Source of the DNA: Pseudogymnoascus verrucosus
Taxonomy: Eukaryota
NCBI GenBank assembly: GCA_001662655.1
Contig: KV460272.1
Reading direction: 5' to 3' (one strand)
DNA length: 64,000 nucleotides
In this document: piece after piece, positions 11,995-29,996 of the stretch
How positions within the stretch are numbered: the stretch's first letter is position 1
Layout of the letters: every line of letters begins with the position of its first letter
Notes under the pieces: generated by a model
Told to the model about the DNA's origin: nothing
What the model saw: the letters and a program-made list of their open reading frames with translations, nothing else
The model's database searches: none
Made by a program: the position numbers and the translations under genes

Positions 11995-13589
11995 TCAATA
12001 AAACACAGTCCCCTCCCTAAAATACCACGAATCTTCCTCACTCGTCCGAAGCAAGCATCTCAAATCAATCCGACGCCGTTCTATTTTTGATGAAATGTTG
12101 ACCAAATGCACACGTGCAGATTCCAAAACTTGTTCCGAGCCAGCCCCCTGAGGCAAGTTCTCTTCCTCAACACCCATCACAAACTCTGCGACTTTGGCTG
12201 CTCCAACACTCTCCCATGTCCCCTCTTGATGGTTCGCGGTTTCGAGTAACGCGATGGCTTGTCGTCGGATCAAGGGATGACGGCACTTCATGGCGACAAA
12301 AAAGAGTGGGAAGATGACTCCAGGTTCGAAGCAGAAGATGTAGCCTTCCGTGAACCCAGCTACCCTTTGCTGGTCAAACAAGATCTTGCCTAATGCGACA
12401 ACATGTTCGTACAGTCCATGGTGCTCATCGTGTAGGGTCTCTTGCCCATATAATCCAGTTGCAACCATTATAGTCATGGTTGTGTGGTACATTCTGAGGA
12501 GCACGATGGTGTTTCTATCATCTTCTGGTAAAAAAAACCACCAAACGATCAAATTCATTTGCCCACTGCTGTAATACTCTACGTGTCGCATCGAGTTGCC
12601 ACTGTGGAATTGGATTCGGTTCCGAGAATGCAGCAAGCCAGAAAATCCATCGAAATGTTTCGATGAGATGGTCCGTTGCATCTCTGATGTAAGCCAACGA
12701 CGGCGAGGACGTGGGAATGCTCAAATGTTGGCCCTGATGATATGGATAGGGTGCTTCGGAGTCAGCAAATGACATAGCCTGTAGGTCGAGCCGATTCAGG
12801 ACCTGCGTGATGTTGTCGGGTACCATGGGGTGTTGTTTACCATGTCTGTCAACAGCACTAGGGAGTATTTTCAGGCCATTTTGGAGGTGCATCTGGGCTG
12901 TTCTGTAATTACCCACCAAGTTCTCGTAGCACACAAACAGTACACATGCTACCAAGCCCTTGACCACCAGGTCAGAGTCGCCGGATGAACTTTGTGCCAG
13001 AAGTCTCTGTGTACATTTGACTGCAAGATTGTATTGGGTGAGAGAATAATTTTGGAACTCAACAGCAGTCCCGTCCGGATTGGCCTTGTGAGATGCCCGA
13101 AACATTCGGTGCAGCGCGCCTAGCGAACAAAGTGCATACTTAATCGCAGGCTCGGAAAGGCAAAGCTGTAGGACAAGGCGTGACCAGAAGTCCGAACTGT
13201 AGTATACAGACGTAACTGACGAGGTGCAGGTAACAAAGAAGCTAAAGATCTGCCGTTGTCGTTCATCATCAAATGCAGGAGGGGTAACAACCATGCCAGG
13301 CCCGCTCGACGGGGGGCTTTGCCTCTGTTCATGTCGCCGTTTGATACGCAGCTCATTGGAAGGAGGAATTGCAGGCTTGCTATAGCCATCACATTTGCGT
13401 CCGGTGTCTACGCAGCGCGAACAATTAGGTTTAGTTTCATCGCACCTAACCTTTCGAATCCTATCGTCTAATTTAGTTCAAGACAAAAGTGGATAATGGA
13501 CCAAATATTTCTAAAGAGGAAGGCTTAACCCACCTGCAAGTAAGGCACCCCGTCTTCACTCTAATTTTGCCACCCGTTCTTAACTCCAT
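11995..13589 (-). CDS. Zn(II)2Cys6 transcription factor with fungal-specific TF domain; frameshift at A8 run 12530-12537
   Basis: ATG at 13589: MELRTGGKIRVKTGCLTCR, intron, then IRKVRCDETKPNCSRCVDTGRKCDGY. ORFs 12518-13294 and 11995-12681 join if one A of the homopolymer is removed. Confidence 0.85.
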
Positions 13590-14225
13590 ATTTTGCTGCA
13601 AGCAACAACCTCGAATGTTTCACAGAGCGATTTATCTCACAAATAGATGGTGGTCTACGTGGTGTTGAAGTATTCGGAGAAGACGAAATTGAGCACATCA
13701 ATGCCACTGAGACTAGCCGCCAAGGCATAACGTGGGACTAGCAGATTTATGTTCATATTCCAGTAATCATTCAACGTCAACGTCCGTCTCACCCAAGACA
13801 TCTCATTTTAAGGGCTTCAGATCGACAGCTCTATTATCTGACAGGTGGGGTTGAGACCCGTTTTTTGATGACTAACTGCCGATGCGGCCAATCAGAGAGT
13901 GTTATGCGAGACAACCACGGACCCTATTCCGAGGCGGAGGATTCTCTCATCAACATTGGGGTCCACATCTCAGCATCTATTCTGAGAATCTTACAACGTG
14001 CCTGCAAACATGTTGGACCCTATATCAAGTTTGCCGATGCTACCAATTAGATATGGCATGACTTGTTAGGGCATGTTTTAAGCCTCGTGGCTCCCCATGC
14101 CTTTCTATTTAAATTTGTGTTCTGTGAAAATATAAATGTGATCAAGGCGCTTATATTTTTAAAAGAGTATAATCTTGTATTTTAAAAAACATATCCTCCA
14201 CCGTCTCACCTCCAATTTTACATCA

Positions 14226-15705
14226 ATGGAGATTTTATCATATTTTATGCTGGTTTCTCTAGCCGTTGTGGCTGTTTATGGTTCGGATTCGGTTGATCTA
14301 CCTCGCTCGTCTCGCCTTACCCTCTCCCAGAAGAAAAGTACGGGATTTCTCCACCTTGACCGACGAGATGGATTGGCTTCTGAAGGAATAAAAATTGATG
14401 CAGTATGTGTCCTGGTCTTTTGCGCCATACTTTTTAACAATTCGATAGGGATTCTGGTACGCTGACTTTACCGTTGGCGGCGCTTCCAACCTCAGTCTTT
14501 TAATCGATACTGGGTCTGGAGATATTGTTGTGAACCCAGGAATCTACATCCCCGGAAAAACATCCGAGAATCTTAATATTACTTTCGAGAATACATATGG
14601 TACAACATCGAAAGATGGCACTGGAAGTGCAACAGTGAGTACCGCCATTCACCCATGGAGCGACGCTAACAATAGAACTTCCACAGATCGTCGGCGACCT
14701 TTATTCCGACAAAGTCATCTTCGGGGGCTTGACGGCAACTCAGATTGTGGGAGCTGCAAATGGGACATCACCACTGCAAAAGTCCGGAATTGCTGGATTT
14801 TCTGGGCAGCGATTCAACCAATTCCCAGCCAGTTCCAATGCCACACCATTCTTTCAATCACTTTGCGATCAAAAGAAAGTCTCCGAATGCCGATTCGGTC
14901 TCGCACTGTCAGATGACGGTACTGGAATACAAATATTGGGAGAACTGGACACTTCTCTGTACACTGGTGATCTAGTCGTAGCACCTATTATTGAAAACTG
15001 GGTCCTTCTCGGCGACCTTGTGGTTGGCGGAGAGGTACAGGAAAGAGACATGCTGATTGAGCTCGACAGCGGAACTGCTACAATAGTTGGGTAAGTAATC
15101 TATGCCTTTGGGCCCTGATTTCTAACGAAAGTAGACCTATCGTCACTGTTTCTGCCATTTTTAACGCAACAGGCATCCAAGGTGTTCTCCGATCTACCAG
15201 CGAGGGTGATTTGCTCACTGGATATTTTCCATGCGACAAGCCCCCAACTGTTGGATTCAACTTTCCACCAAAGACCAATGCTTCTCTTGCTGGCAAAGAT
15301 AGTTTGAGTGCCATCAGCATGAGAAGCTCGACTTTCAACATCCCACTGAACGCATGGGCAGCCGTAGATAATGGCAATAATAACTGCACGGCTGTCCTCA
15401 GCGGCCAGAATTATGAAGCGCATCCAGGACTTTGGGTTATTGGTCAACGTAAGCACTATTGGCTCTCATTTTCTCGCACAAATATTGATGATTTCATAGC
15501 ATTCTTCCAAGGGCTTTACATTGATCATAACCTGGAAAATGGAACTGTTGGATTTGCCAAGCTAAAACGTACCAGCCCAGGGAGGAGTACAACAGCACCA
15601 ACAGCTTCAGTGCCAACGCCAACTGGTGACGCAATAATTCACAAGCATAGCGCTTGGGCAATGTTGGTGTTGGCCTTTAGCTTGGTCGTTGTCGTTACTA
15701 TGTAG
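14226..15705 (+). CDS. Secreted pepsin-like (A1) aspartic protease, probably GPI-anchored (4 introns)
   Basis: Signal peptide, catalytic motifs LLIDTGSG and IELDSGTA, WVIGQ and GTVGFA, then an S/T-rich stalk and hydrophobic C-terminal tail. Confidence 0.9.
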
Positions 15706-16000
15706 GGAGATGTAGCGTTTTACATAGTGTATTCAATAGGAATTGTCTGAATCTCCTGAAACCACTAGTTTAAACCGCCTTCTGTGAATACTCTGCGTCG
15801 TAGGATGAATAACCTAAAATTATATAATAATACAGCTTTTCACGTCTATCACATTCACAGTACCGATTAAAAATAGAGACTTTTTATCTGAGGGTTCAAC
15901 TGGTATGTTTAGATTCACAAATTGATAATAGGACAAAACCACGGCATAGCTGCGACTTGGACGAAGCTATAATGTAAATGTGAAATTATACATGAAGCTA

Positions 16001-17733
16001 TCACAATGCGTCCTTCTCATCTAAGTGGTCAATACGCATCGTAGCCATCACCGTCCTCGCACTTCTCTTCTCCAAACTCTTCTTCACCGGGTTGGGTGCC
16101 TCAAAGACCTCCGCTAGTTCCTCGAGAGTGCGCTCCTTGGTCTCGGGGAAATAGAAATACATCACCACCCACTCAATAAGATCCCAAGCCACAAAAAATG
16201 CATAGAAATAGTAACCAATTTTTGCGAAGGCAGGGCCCGATGCGTACTGAATAATCGTAGAAGCGATCGAAGAGTTGAGATTTCCAATTGCAGTGCCCTT
16301 GGCGCGGGTAGAGGTCGGGAGGGTTTCTGCGATGTACATGCTCTGTAGAGGTGTCCAGGCAAAGGAGAATACTATCCCAAAGACATAGATGAATCCGATG
16401 GAGGCATTGGCAGCGGCCTTGTTCGAAGGGCTGACATGGGCTATATGCGAACAGCCACACATTATTGCGAAGCAGAACGAGCAAAACACAATGCTGTAAA
16501 GGAGAAGTGGTCTGCGTCCTATTTTATCCGTGAGGCGAGCACCGGCGCAAGAGGCGATGAAGCAAATCACAGGGTAGATGGCGTTGAGCACCAACTGGGT
16601 GTGTTGATCATTAATGCCGGCTTGCCTTGCCATCTCGGGGAGATAGTAGGATGTTATACTGTTTCCTGAAATCTGGCCAAACCATGCCATGCCGACAACG
16701 CAAATCAAGCGGCGTCGGGCAGAATGAGTGTTCCATAGCTCATGGTAATCGTACCATTTCTTGTCTGATGCATCGCTACTGATCTGATGGGACATCTCTT
16801 TCATTTGTAGTTGAACGATTGGGTGCGAGACTGAACCCTCCCCGTGGTAGCGTGCAAGGACACTGACAGCTTCTTCAATCCTGTCCTGGGCCATAAGCCA
16901 TCTTGGGGATTCGGGAAGGAACCAAACGCCGACGGCAACCAGAGTAGATGTGAATAACTGACACCAAATTGGAATGCGCCAATTGTAATCGTTCTCATAG
17001 TAACTGCAACCGTAGATAATCCAGCTTGCAATTATGGAACCAATATACCTTGACACTTGTTAGATTTATTTCAGACAAGAATGCATTCGGTATTGTGCTT
17101 ACCAAGTGCAATTGTACAGGCCAGTAAGAGTTCCACGCCAAGAGGGATGAGCCATCTCACTGACATAGCAGGGTGCAGATACACAGCAGAAACTGACGCC
17201 GAAGCCGAGGATAAAACGGCCTGCGAGAAACATTCCGCTATTGACGGATGGCGCTTGGACACATGTGCCGATGATGATAATAATGGCTCCGGTGAACATC
17301 CCCGCGCGGCGGCCCCACATATCATTCACGGGGCCTGTCAGGAAGACAGCAGGAATAGAGCCGATGTTGTACATTGCAAAGACGATTCCCGTGCTAGACC
17401 CGGCCTGGGCACTTGATAAAAACTCCAATCAGCAACTGGGAACATTCTGGGACCGCAAAGGGCCTGGACTTACAGGCCAAAATAGTGCTGATAATTCGTG
17501 AGCGCATTCAAGCCACCCATAAGTGAGCCATCGTAGCCGTTCAAGCACCCGCACAGGTATGCAACAGCGAGAACACCGTACAGTCGAAACATGCTTTTCG
17601 TCCATGGGCTCTGCTTTGTTGCGTCGACATCGTCGGAGAGTTGCAGTGCTTCTCCAGTCAAGCCGATTTTTTCCTTATCGTCTCGTGTTGCATTTTCATA
17701 AAGATGAACGTCTCCTTTGCCATCTTCTGCCAT
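16001..17733 (-). CDS. MFS sugar porter of the lactose permease/cellodextrin transporter clade (2 introns)
   Basis: [58 protein letters not shown] motifs. Confidence 0.9.
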
Positions 17734-18132
17734 GGTGAATTATTCGTGAAAAAAACACAAGGTGACAGGAGAATTGTTGTGATTAAAGCGAAGGCTGCGG
17801 TGGGAATTGGTATCCCTTTGCCAGTCGAAGTGAACTGAAGGACGGAAGGAAGGATGATATGCGGATCATCAGCTCTTTATTATCATTTTACGAGTGGTGG
17901 TACAACTGCGTTCAGGATAGCTTAATTTGCGGGGTAGGAGGCGCCAAGTCTTCCCCGTGGGAAAGATTTAGAGAGAGGGATATTGAAGGCCAAACATAGG
18001 AGACCTGCTCGGGCCGCTGCGGAGTGGTGCTTAATATACCATAAACGAGCCATGTGCCGTGTTGGCTAGTTCGAAATCCTTGTTTTGCAGGTAAGCTATC
18101 TTGCCGTGGACCAGTGACAGGCCAGGTGTTTT

Positions 18133-18157
18133 TTCTCGGTGCCGCCTTCCCCGAGAA
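18133..18157. promoter_or_regulatory. Palindromic CGG-N11-CCG site (TTCTCGG-N11-CCGAGAA) upstream of permease
   Basis: TTCTCGG TGCCGCCTTCC CCGAGAA, with 7-bp perfect inverted arms, ~400 bp upstream of the permease ATG. Confidence 0.55.
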
Positions 18158-18662
18158 GAGGGTGGGATTGGAGTGCGGGGTAGCGGTGGGGTAGAGGGTT
18201 AGAACCATGGGGAGCTGTGGCAGGGGTAAGCTACTAGCTAATTACAGTAGAGCTGTGGCGGTGGAACCACCACAGAGAACAGCCCGCCAGAGAACAAAAC
18301 CCATAACTAAGACAGGTTCAGAGACCGCAGTAGAACGGGCCGAGAAACAAATTATGATGCATTCATGGCAACTGATTTGAGGGGGATGATAGTGCAGGAT
18401 CAAGCTTTTTGTAGCGCCATTTGTTTATTTCTTGCCAGGGCTAGGCCAAAATATTCAGGCTACAACATGCGCCTGTATTTACTTTGAAGTCTCTAACTAG
18501 TATCCGTAATATCCTTGGATTATGATTGTTATCGTGCCTCACAATATTTGTAGCTTCTAAGGTGAAATTTGTATAATAATTATTTTGTCTCTTATATCCC
18601 TCCGCTGCCGCGCACAGAGATAGTGTTGAAATACGGTTTAATTGATAAGTGATGGGCGCATT

Positions 18663-20964
18663 TTAATAATTCCTGGTCATCTCCCGAGAATCCGATCGAG
18701 CCTGATACTCCTGCCTAATAAAATCCTCGATCTCCCCGATCATCCTCAAGCTTTGCGCAACGCTTGGGCTTCTTGACGCATCATTCTCCCCAGGCACCCT
18801 GCTCCATTGCTGGAACAAACCTCTTAAATGACTCCCGAGAGTCAATAGCTCTTCACTTACTTGGTCTCGTAGACCTGGAATCCGACATGATGCAGTCAAG
18901 ATCAACATCCCACCAGTCATGCTCATGCTACATATCCACATATCGATCATAATGGTGTGCACATAACCCCGCAGATTCTGGATATGTAGGATGCAAGCCT
19001 GGAGACATATCTCACATTTGCTGAGAATCTCTTGGCTCACTCCGCCGTTTTCCCAACTTGCGCCGCTATTCCAGTTTTCGAGTACCCATGTCAGGTAAGG
19101 CCTATATATGACGCTCCGGCAGGTCAAATACCGCTGTCTCAAGAAGCCGCCGTGTTGGGTCTGGGTCGGTTCGGTATCTAGAGAGAACTTAAATGGCTCA
19201 GGAAGTAAATCGCGCCATTCGTCGAGCTGATGTGATAGTTCCGAGACCACGGTGGGGAAGCGCGACGGAGATGGGGAGACCCCAGTCGTGGCTGCATATA
19301 GCATGTCATGGACTCGGTTGAGAAGCCGACGCATTGAGATACATGCTAAAAAATAGAGAGAGGAGAGTTCTTCGTCTTCTGACCTTGGAATAGTCAGAGG
19401 CAGAAGAGATGGTGGGGATAAAGGGGTAGCAGGCGTGAACCTGTTGGTTATGGTGTGGGTGTTGTATTGGCCTGGGAGCGGGATTGTGGATTCAATAGAC
19501 GCGATGCCGCTTTCAGGTAGAGCAGCAAACTCTGCAAGGTAATCGCTGCTCTTTGTTAGTTACATTCTCTGTATGCCTGAGGGAGTGGAATGGGGACAAC
19601 CTTTCGAGAATGTAGCAAGACCAGAAAATTCTCCTGAGACACTCATTCTCATCGGGTGAATTAGAAGAACCGTAAGATAATAACAGACGGCACCTCGCGG
19701 CCGTTGTATTTATGTATGACCACGCCTGTAACGGCCTTTGGAGATATGCAAAGTATAAACTATAGGCGTCAATATGGTCTATATTCAGGAATCTAGGGAA
19801 GTACTGACGCAACAAAAAATAAACATTGTGTCGATTCTGTAGATATCTCCAATTGTGTGGTATACAGTCTCTTCAATACACCATCAAAATATATCTCGGC
19901 CAATCTTCTTTGAGAAAGTTGGTATTCCAAGGACTCTGGAGTCAAGGCCTCGGCGTTAAAGAGCAAACTAACAACTTGACTTGCACATCCGAGAGCCATG
20001 ACAAGTAGAGAGATGCAAGAGGAAACACTGTCATCTAGGTTCCCTGAAAGGACTAGATGTTGGACAGCAAGGAGTTTGTCTTTTAACATCGTTGGGTAGA
20101 AGAAATTAATTGATGATTGAAATGCTTCGACTACCTGTTGTACTTCATCAGCACGGAGATATGGTACTGATGTAGATGTCATAGTTCTCAATGACGATCG
20201 GGACTTCTCAAGTTGAAAGATGGGAATATAATTCTGTCGTATTGAGGGGAAGATATCGAAGTGCGGCCAGTCAAGGACCGATTCAGTAGTGGAGGTGTGA
20301 AGACCGGAAAGTACAGCGTTGTGCACACCTTGTGTATCATTTGCAGTTGTTGACTGAGATTGATGATGCGAGGAACGTTCCGCTATGTCATGAGAGTGCG
20401 TTACTTCTGGCGAGATGGCTGGATCTGTTAAGACGCGGTGGCCGAGCATGCCCACGTTTGATGTCTGATCCAGGGGTTAGCAACATCAATTGGCGACCAG
20501 AATAGGGGATTCACAATAATAGCACTCATCTCCTCAAGATGTCGCTCCATGCGCAAAACTCCATCAAGGATCAGGTCACTCTTCCCCTTCCTTCATTCTT
20601 GTGAGTAAGGCATCAATAATGTCAAAACCTTGGCTACTTACGGACCCGCCTCAGCACCATAGTTACATTCTTGGTTTGAGGATAAGCATGTCGCACATGG
20701 TTGCCCTCCATCACATCTAATTTGTAATTAGTTTAATATTGGACACAGGTAGCAATTAGCATTGCGGATCAAACATACCGGATCTTTCTTCGCCTGCAAA
20801 CGTCGCACTATTACAGATTGCAGTCAGCTTCCAGTCAGCACCTGGGTGGTTATAATGATCAAGCATTTCGTTAGTATCTGTAGGGGCACAATATATAACT
20901 GGGGTATTCTTACCGCATGCGCCGCTCGCGACCTAGACAATAGGGGCCTCCGGGGTCTGTTCAT
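18663..20964 (-). CDS. Zn(II)2Cys6 transcription factor with middle-homology region, multi-intron
   Basis: Spliced N-terminus MNRPRRPLLSRSRAAHA/CDVCRRRKIR/CDGGQPCATCLSSNQECNYG. Downstream RRIFWSCYILE and YFLACISMRRLLNRVH motifs. Confidence 0.85.
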
Positions 20965-21687
20965 AGCGGCGAAAGCCCGGGGATTTCTTCTCAGTTATGC
21001 TGGAATATGTGGGGTCATTAGTATGGCACCAGATGGGCAGCACAGTTCACATAAGTATGAGACCTAAATAAATATAGCCCGGTAAAGCAAATTCTTATAG
21101 TAACTGCAGCAGTTGGTTGGTTGGACGAGCAGTGAAGGTTGTAGTGCGGGGATGGGATGCAAGAGCGAACGTCAAAAGGGATTCACGCGCGGTAATTAAC
21201 GGCTCGCTAGTGAGTTTCGGCCAGTAATGGGGATTTCGTGGCTTGCCAACAGTTACCACCTCAACAGATGGAAACGCGGTCCCAGAACACAGAACTAGCA
21301 ACACGTAAAAGTACCAACTTCATATTGCCTATCCCATCCCACTAGAAATGTGGTAACAAATACGAGCTGAAAATTATAACCACTTGAAAAATCCACAGAC
21401 AGTATTTCGCACGTGTGAAGCTCGAGCACAACCGGCTAAATATACGTCGTTCCGTCGAATTATTAGCATAGCTATATGCCTATTGCTAGGCCGTTTTGAT
21501 TTATATAGATTATCGCGCACCACGAAAGAAAGCAACACGAAAACGAATCTCAAAATAGTACCAATGCCATTTTAAGATACGTTTTGAGATTGCGATTTGT
21601 TCCCAGTGTATTGTATGGATTCCTGGTCATGTCATGAGTGTAGAAGTGCTAAAAATAATGGGGAAGCTATAGAGTATTGTGGGGTAA

Positions 21688-25509
<3,822 letters not shown>

Positions 25510-25785
25510 ATTGCAATCGCGAAGAATTTGCGGGCTATATCTAGAAGCTTGAGATAGAAATAAGATTATCGTGCTTGTTTGGAGAAATATGGTTTGCTTT
25601 TCTTGCGTAACAAGGTTCACTCAGACTGCTTTATAAAACACATGTGAGCCCGACCATAACAGTGGTTTGTATACTCGGTATGTAAATCGAAAAAACTTTC
25701 CTGTAATTAAACAAGTGCGTGGTATCTGCTGCGTGGTATCTTAGGCTCTATGAAATCATAAACAATTCACCACCCCGCCAACTTC

Positions 25786-26697
25786 TCAAGCTTTATGGGC
25801 TTCCTTGAGCCATTCCCGGAACGTGGTAGGCTTGACCGTCTTCGCCAGCTCCTCGAGGTCGGCACCATAGTCCCTCTCATTGATCCAACCGAACATAGTG
25901 CGCAAATCCTCGACCATCCAGATCATCAATCTCGCTAGCCATCCGTAGGTGACGCCGACCGGCTTCCCTGTCTCCTTCTTGAATATGGCGTCAATCTCAT
26001 CGAACGACAAATAGTCGCTAGCAATGCTAAGAGGCTTGTTTCGGATACCCGAGGCATCAGGACGCAAAAGAGCTTCAGTTGCCCATCGTCCGATATCCTT
26101 GATCGTAGTCACCTGCATTCGCTTTCCTCTCATGTTTTCGCGCCATCCTGCCATGCAAAGTTTCCCAGGGAATCCCCAGAGAGCATTGTCGGCGAACCAA
26201 GTTGGGCGTAGAATTGTGTAGTTGATGTTCTTCCCACCTGCGCTAGCCGATTCGAGGTGTTTCTCGATTTGGAACTTGTCGGAGAAGGTCTTGCAGTAGG
26301 AGGCGTCGCGGTCACTGAGTTCCGGTCCACCGCGATCAACGGAGGAGTAGACGAAATACGACAATCCATTCGTAATGGCAGCGTCGATGAAACCTTTCGC
26401 ATCGTTCAGTTCTGTCGGCCCATGAGCCTGAGACAGGAACGCGGCTGTCTTTGTGGGGTTGACGCCTAGGTCTGACAGCTGTTTGAAGATCGCATCGGGT
26501 TGGCCGAGTTCGCCTTGCACGAGCTTAACCCCCCGGGTTGTGAGGGCGGCGGCACCAGCGCCGGCTGTATTCCGCGTCAAGACATAAATGTCCTTGGCTT
26601 GAATTGAAATAGACTTGTCTGCCAAAAGCGCATTGACGACGGCACCACCTTGACGACCGGTTCCGCCAGCGATCAGAAAAGTTGTGGGCGAGGACAT
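25786..26697 (-). CDS. NmrA-like family NAD(P)-binding protein
   Basis: IAGGTGRQGGAVV, FVYSSVDRGG, KFQIEKHL, YTILRPTWFADN. Intronless, 303 aa. Confidence 0.9.
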   Translation of the reverse strand: MSSPTTFLIAGGTGRQGGAVVNALLADKSISIQAKDIYVLTRNTAGAGAAALTTRGVKLVQGELGQPDAIFKQLSDLGVNPTKTAAFLSQAHGPTELNDAKGFIDAAITNGLSYFVYSSVDRGGPELSDRDASYCKTFSDKFQIEKHLESASAGGKNINYTILRPTWFADNALWGFPGKLCMAGWRENMRGKRMQVTTIKDIGRWATEALLRPDASGIRNKPLSIASDYLSFDEIDAIFKKETGKPVGVTYGWLARLMIWMVEDLRTMFGWINERDYGADLEELAKTVKPTTFREWLKEAHKA

Positions 26698-27345
26698 GAT
26701 TGTTACCGTGAATCTGTCGATATGTTACAAGGTGCGGATAATGGAAAGGCCGACGCAAGGCTCTTGGGTCTACATCATATATATTTAAAAGAAGGAGGCT
26801 CCTTCTTTAAATACGAGCTATAGGTATAGGTATTTCATCATCCCAGTTTGCTACATGTTTTAGTTTGTGGTTGGTGGGTGGAAGGTGGAAGGGGTCCGAC
26901 AAAGGTGTAAGAAGATCCGAAGAGGGTGGATGAGGTCCGAAGAGGGTGAGAAAAAGGCGGGAAAAGGCGGATTTAAAGGCGCGATTCGGAGGCGGGAGCG
27001 GAGGCGGCAGCGGAGGCGGGGGCGGGGCGGAAGCGAAGTCGAACGGAGGCGGACAAGATCGGTTTCTGAAAAGCTTGGGTTTGTCAGTAATTAGGCTTGA
27101 TAATCGACCACAATTTGTCATCAACTTGCGATTATACGATTCTACATAACGATGACGATTGGAAGTTTAGCAGCTTTGAGGCTGAATTAGTAAAGGTAAA
27201 TTACTTAACATAGCTATTATCAACCGTTTATAAATATAGGAAAGACTGCCGATAATTTTACTGAAAGATCATTAAAAATCGTTCCTATAAATTTAAACTG
27301 TGCAATCATACCCAACATTTCAGTGTAAATTTAAGACTTTAAACC

Positions 27346-28142
27346 ATGGTCAACACATCACCCGTCGTTCTCATCCTTGGGTCGGGTCCCAATATCGGGA
27401 AGCATGTGGCCCGAGCCTTTGCCGCAAAGGGTTACAAGGTTGCTCTGGCATCCAGAAGTCTGAAGGAAGCGGATAGTACTGCGGACCAAGTCAACATCTC
27501 CGGTGATTTCTCTGATCCAGAGTCTGTAATTAAGACCTTCTCGAAAGTGAAATCATTGCTGGGCGCCCCAAGTGTTGTCGTGTACAATGGTAAAACTACA
27601 CCCGGTACTGAATATATTGTTGAAGTATGCTGACATACTTAAAGCTGCGGCTGCAACCCAAAACAACCCGAAGGATCCGCTCTCTCTCCCATTGGCTGAT
27701 TTCACTCGAGACTTGACCATCAACACCAATAGCGCCTTTGTCGCTGCTCAGCAAGCTGTCTTGGCTTTCAAGGAACTCCCGGAGTCAGCATCAAGAACAT
27801 TCATCTATACTGGAAATATAACGAATACGACAACGATAGCACCGCTTCTTGATTTGGGTGTCGGGAAGTCAGCCACGGCACATATTATCCAATCTGCCTC
27901 CCAAGCCTACGCCGATCAAGGATTCAAGTAAGTTGTGGATTTCTATCAACGATTTTACAGGTGACAAAATTAACACCAGTAGGTTCTATTACAGCGATGA
28001 GCGGAAGGCCGATGGGGCGCCTGCGTACTCTGCTATTGACGGAGAGGCTCATGCGGAATTATATCTCCAACTCGCCGAGGGCAAGTCGCAGGGTCCCTGG
28101 CAGCAGACATTCGTCAAGGGCATTGGATATAAGAAATTCTAG
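27346..28142 (+). CDS. Short-chain dehydrogenase/reductase (2 introns)
   Basis: LILGSGPNIG, VVVYNA, FIYTGN, LGVGKSATAH, FYYSDER motifs joined across GT..AG introns. Confidence 0.85.
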
Positions 28143-29996
28143 CGACGAGTAGATTTTAGTCGTCCCCGTTTATAATACTATGAGATGAATCGTACTGTGG
28201 GACCTGGAACTTTGTTATAAGCTGCTGCTGATCGTGCGTATGCCGCTCTCCGATTATCTCCGGTAGTTACTCCAGGCACCCATACCTTACTGTACAGTAT
28301 TTTACGTACTATACAATGCCAATTCTTGTATTTGGTACTTATTGGATGTGATTATCTTCAGTCTTCCCTTTTCAATATAGTGTCGCTTTCATCCCTCGGC
28401 TCCGTAACAATGTTCTAGACGCATCCAACGGAGACGAAAGACTGCAGCATCCTGGCTGACTCGGAATACGCGGAACACATAGGTTACATTGTTAACGGGT
28501 TTTGTCTCTTCTCTCGTGACACTGCATATAGTACGTCGCTCATTGAACAATGTATGAATGTATGACGAAGAATACACCTGCGAATAATACGAGAAGGTGC
28601 TTGCACATGCATTTGAGTCTGTGCACACATTGGTGCCAAAATTCAAAATTCCGCCTCAAACAGTGCGCGTATTCACGGGTTAACACTTCCGTCTGCCTAC
28701 GCGTCCTCATCTACAGATGCGCATGGCAGGCAATAAAAATATTTTAGGGGATACAATCATGCAAGGTATGGTATGGTTACTTGGCTGCATACCTTTACAT
28801 CCCATTATTATAAACGCGACGTAACAAAGTTTTTGAGTATAATAATACACCGATGGTGGCGTATGCCAAAGGAAACCTAAATACGGAACGCAGGGGTAAA
28901 ATGGAAGAAGTGGCCGTAAAGAACAGCCGCATGGCTGCAACATCGGCCGTAAATAAGACCGCAGCCTCAATTAATATAACCGTAAAAGAACAGCACAGAT
29001 GCAAAAATAACCGTGACACAACGGTAAGAGCGGCTGGAAAGCATAGGACACCCTTGGAAATGCTTGGCTACCCAGGTCGGTTAGGGCGAGGGGGTGTGGC
29101 TATTTTAAGGATGACATGCAGATCCTGTAGATCGTGAGGATATCTCACCCGTTATACTGTTCCTGGCCTAAGGATTACGAGAACTGCAGTGACACGTCGC
29201 GTGTATAGTCAGCTGTGTTTATACGTCTACTCTCAGATTGGTAGTGTTCCAAAGGCGCAGAGCCAGCTCAGACTTCCGTGAGAAGCGACCGAAATCCCAT
29301 CAATGCGTCAGCCAAGAGCAAAACGGAGGAACGTGTTAATTAGACTGCAATTATTAGGGGCATGTATGACTACCCGAGATATGCTTTAAGTTGGTGTATA
29401 ATAGGCGGCAGCTATAGTATCTGCCATGAGCTGTCGCGTTTCGTTTTCATTGATTGTGCATACATCCTCGGCCTATGTCCGGTGAGTGGGGCCGTCAGCG
29501 TGGGGTCGAAAGGCTGTGCTCACTTATACCCCTCCTAGAAAGCGTTTTGTCCACTGTTCCTGTCAACCTTACTTTTGCCGCCTATTATTGGAGGACATGG
29601 AAAGTTCAGACGGTCCGAAGGATTCGAAGGATTCATTACCATACGGCTCTATCGGAAGCATTAATTATGCGGCTACACTCAAAGAATCCATCGTTGGCTG
29701 TGTGTGTCCATGTCCATGTCCTAATTGGGGTCCGTCTGAGTAAGACGAATTCTCTCATGGGACTTGCCTTATCCATTTCATAGGAATAAGTTGGCAAGTA
29801 CAAGCATTGCGGAGATATTGCAACGTAACACAAACTCTAAGGAACCCGATGCCAGGCAATGCGAAATGGTCGTGTATATAAGTCTGGCGACGTCTGCCCT
29901 TCTCAGAGTAAAAAATAAACTCGATCATCCTCTCAATCAGCTTTATTCTACATTACGCATCTCAAGTCTTCCATCAAAGTTATAACTACAGTCAAG

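Noticed and set aside
28200..29900. Gene-poor stretch with short hydrophobic ORFs
   Set aside because: May be a decayed gene, but I could not identify a family, terminal repeats or a consistent exon structure.
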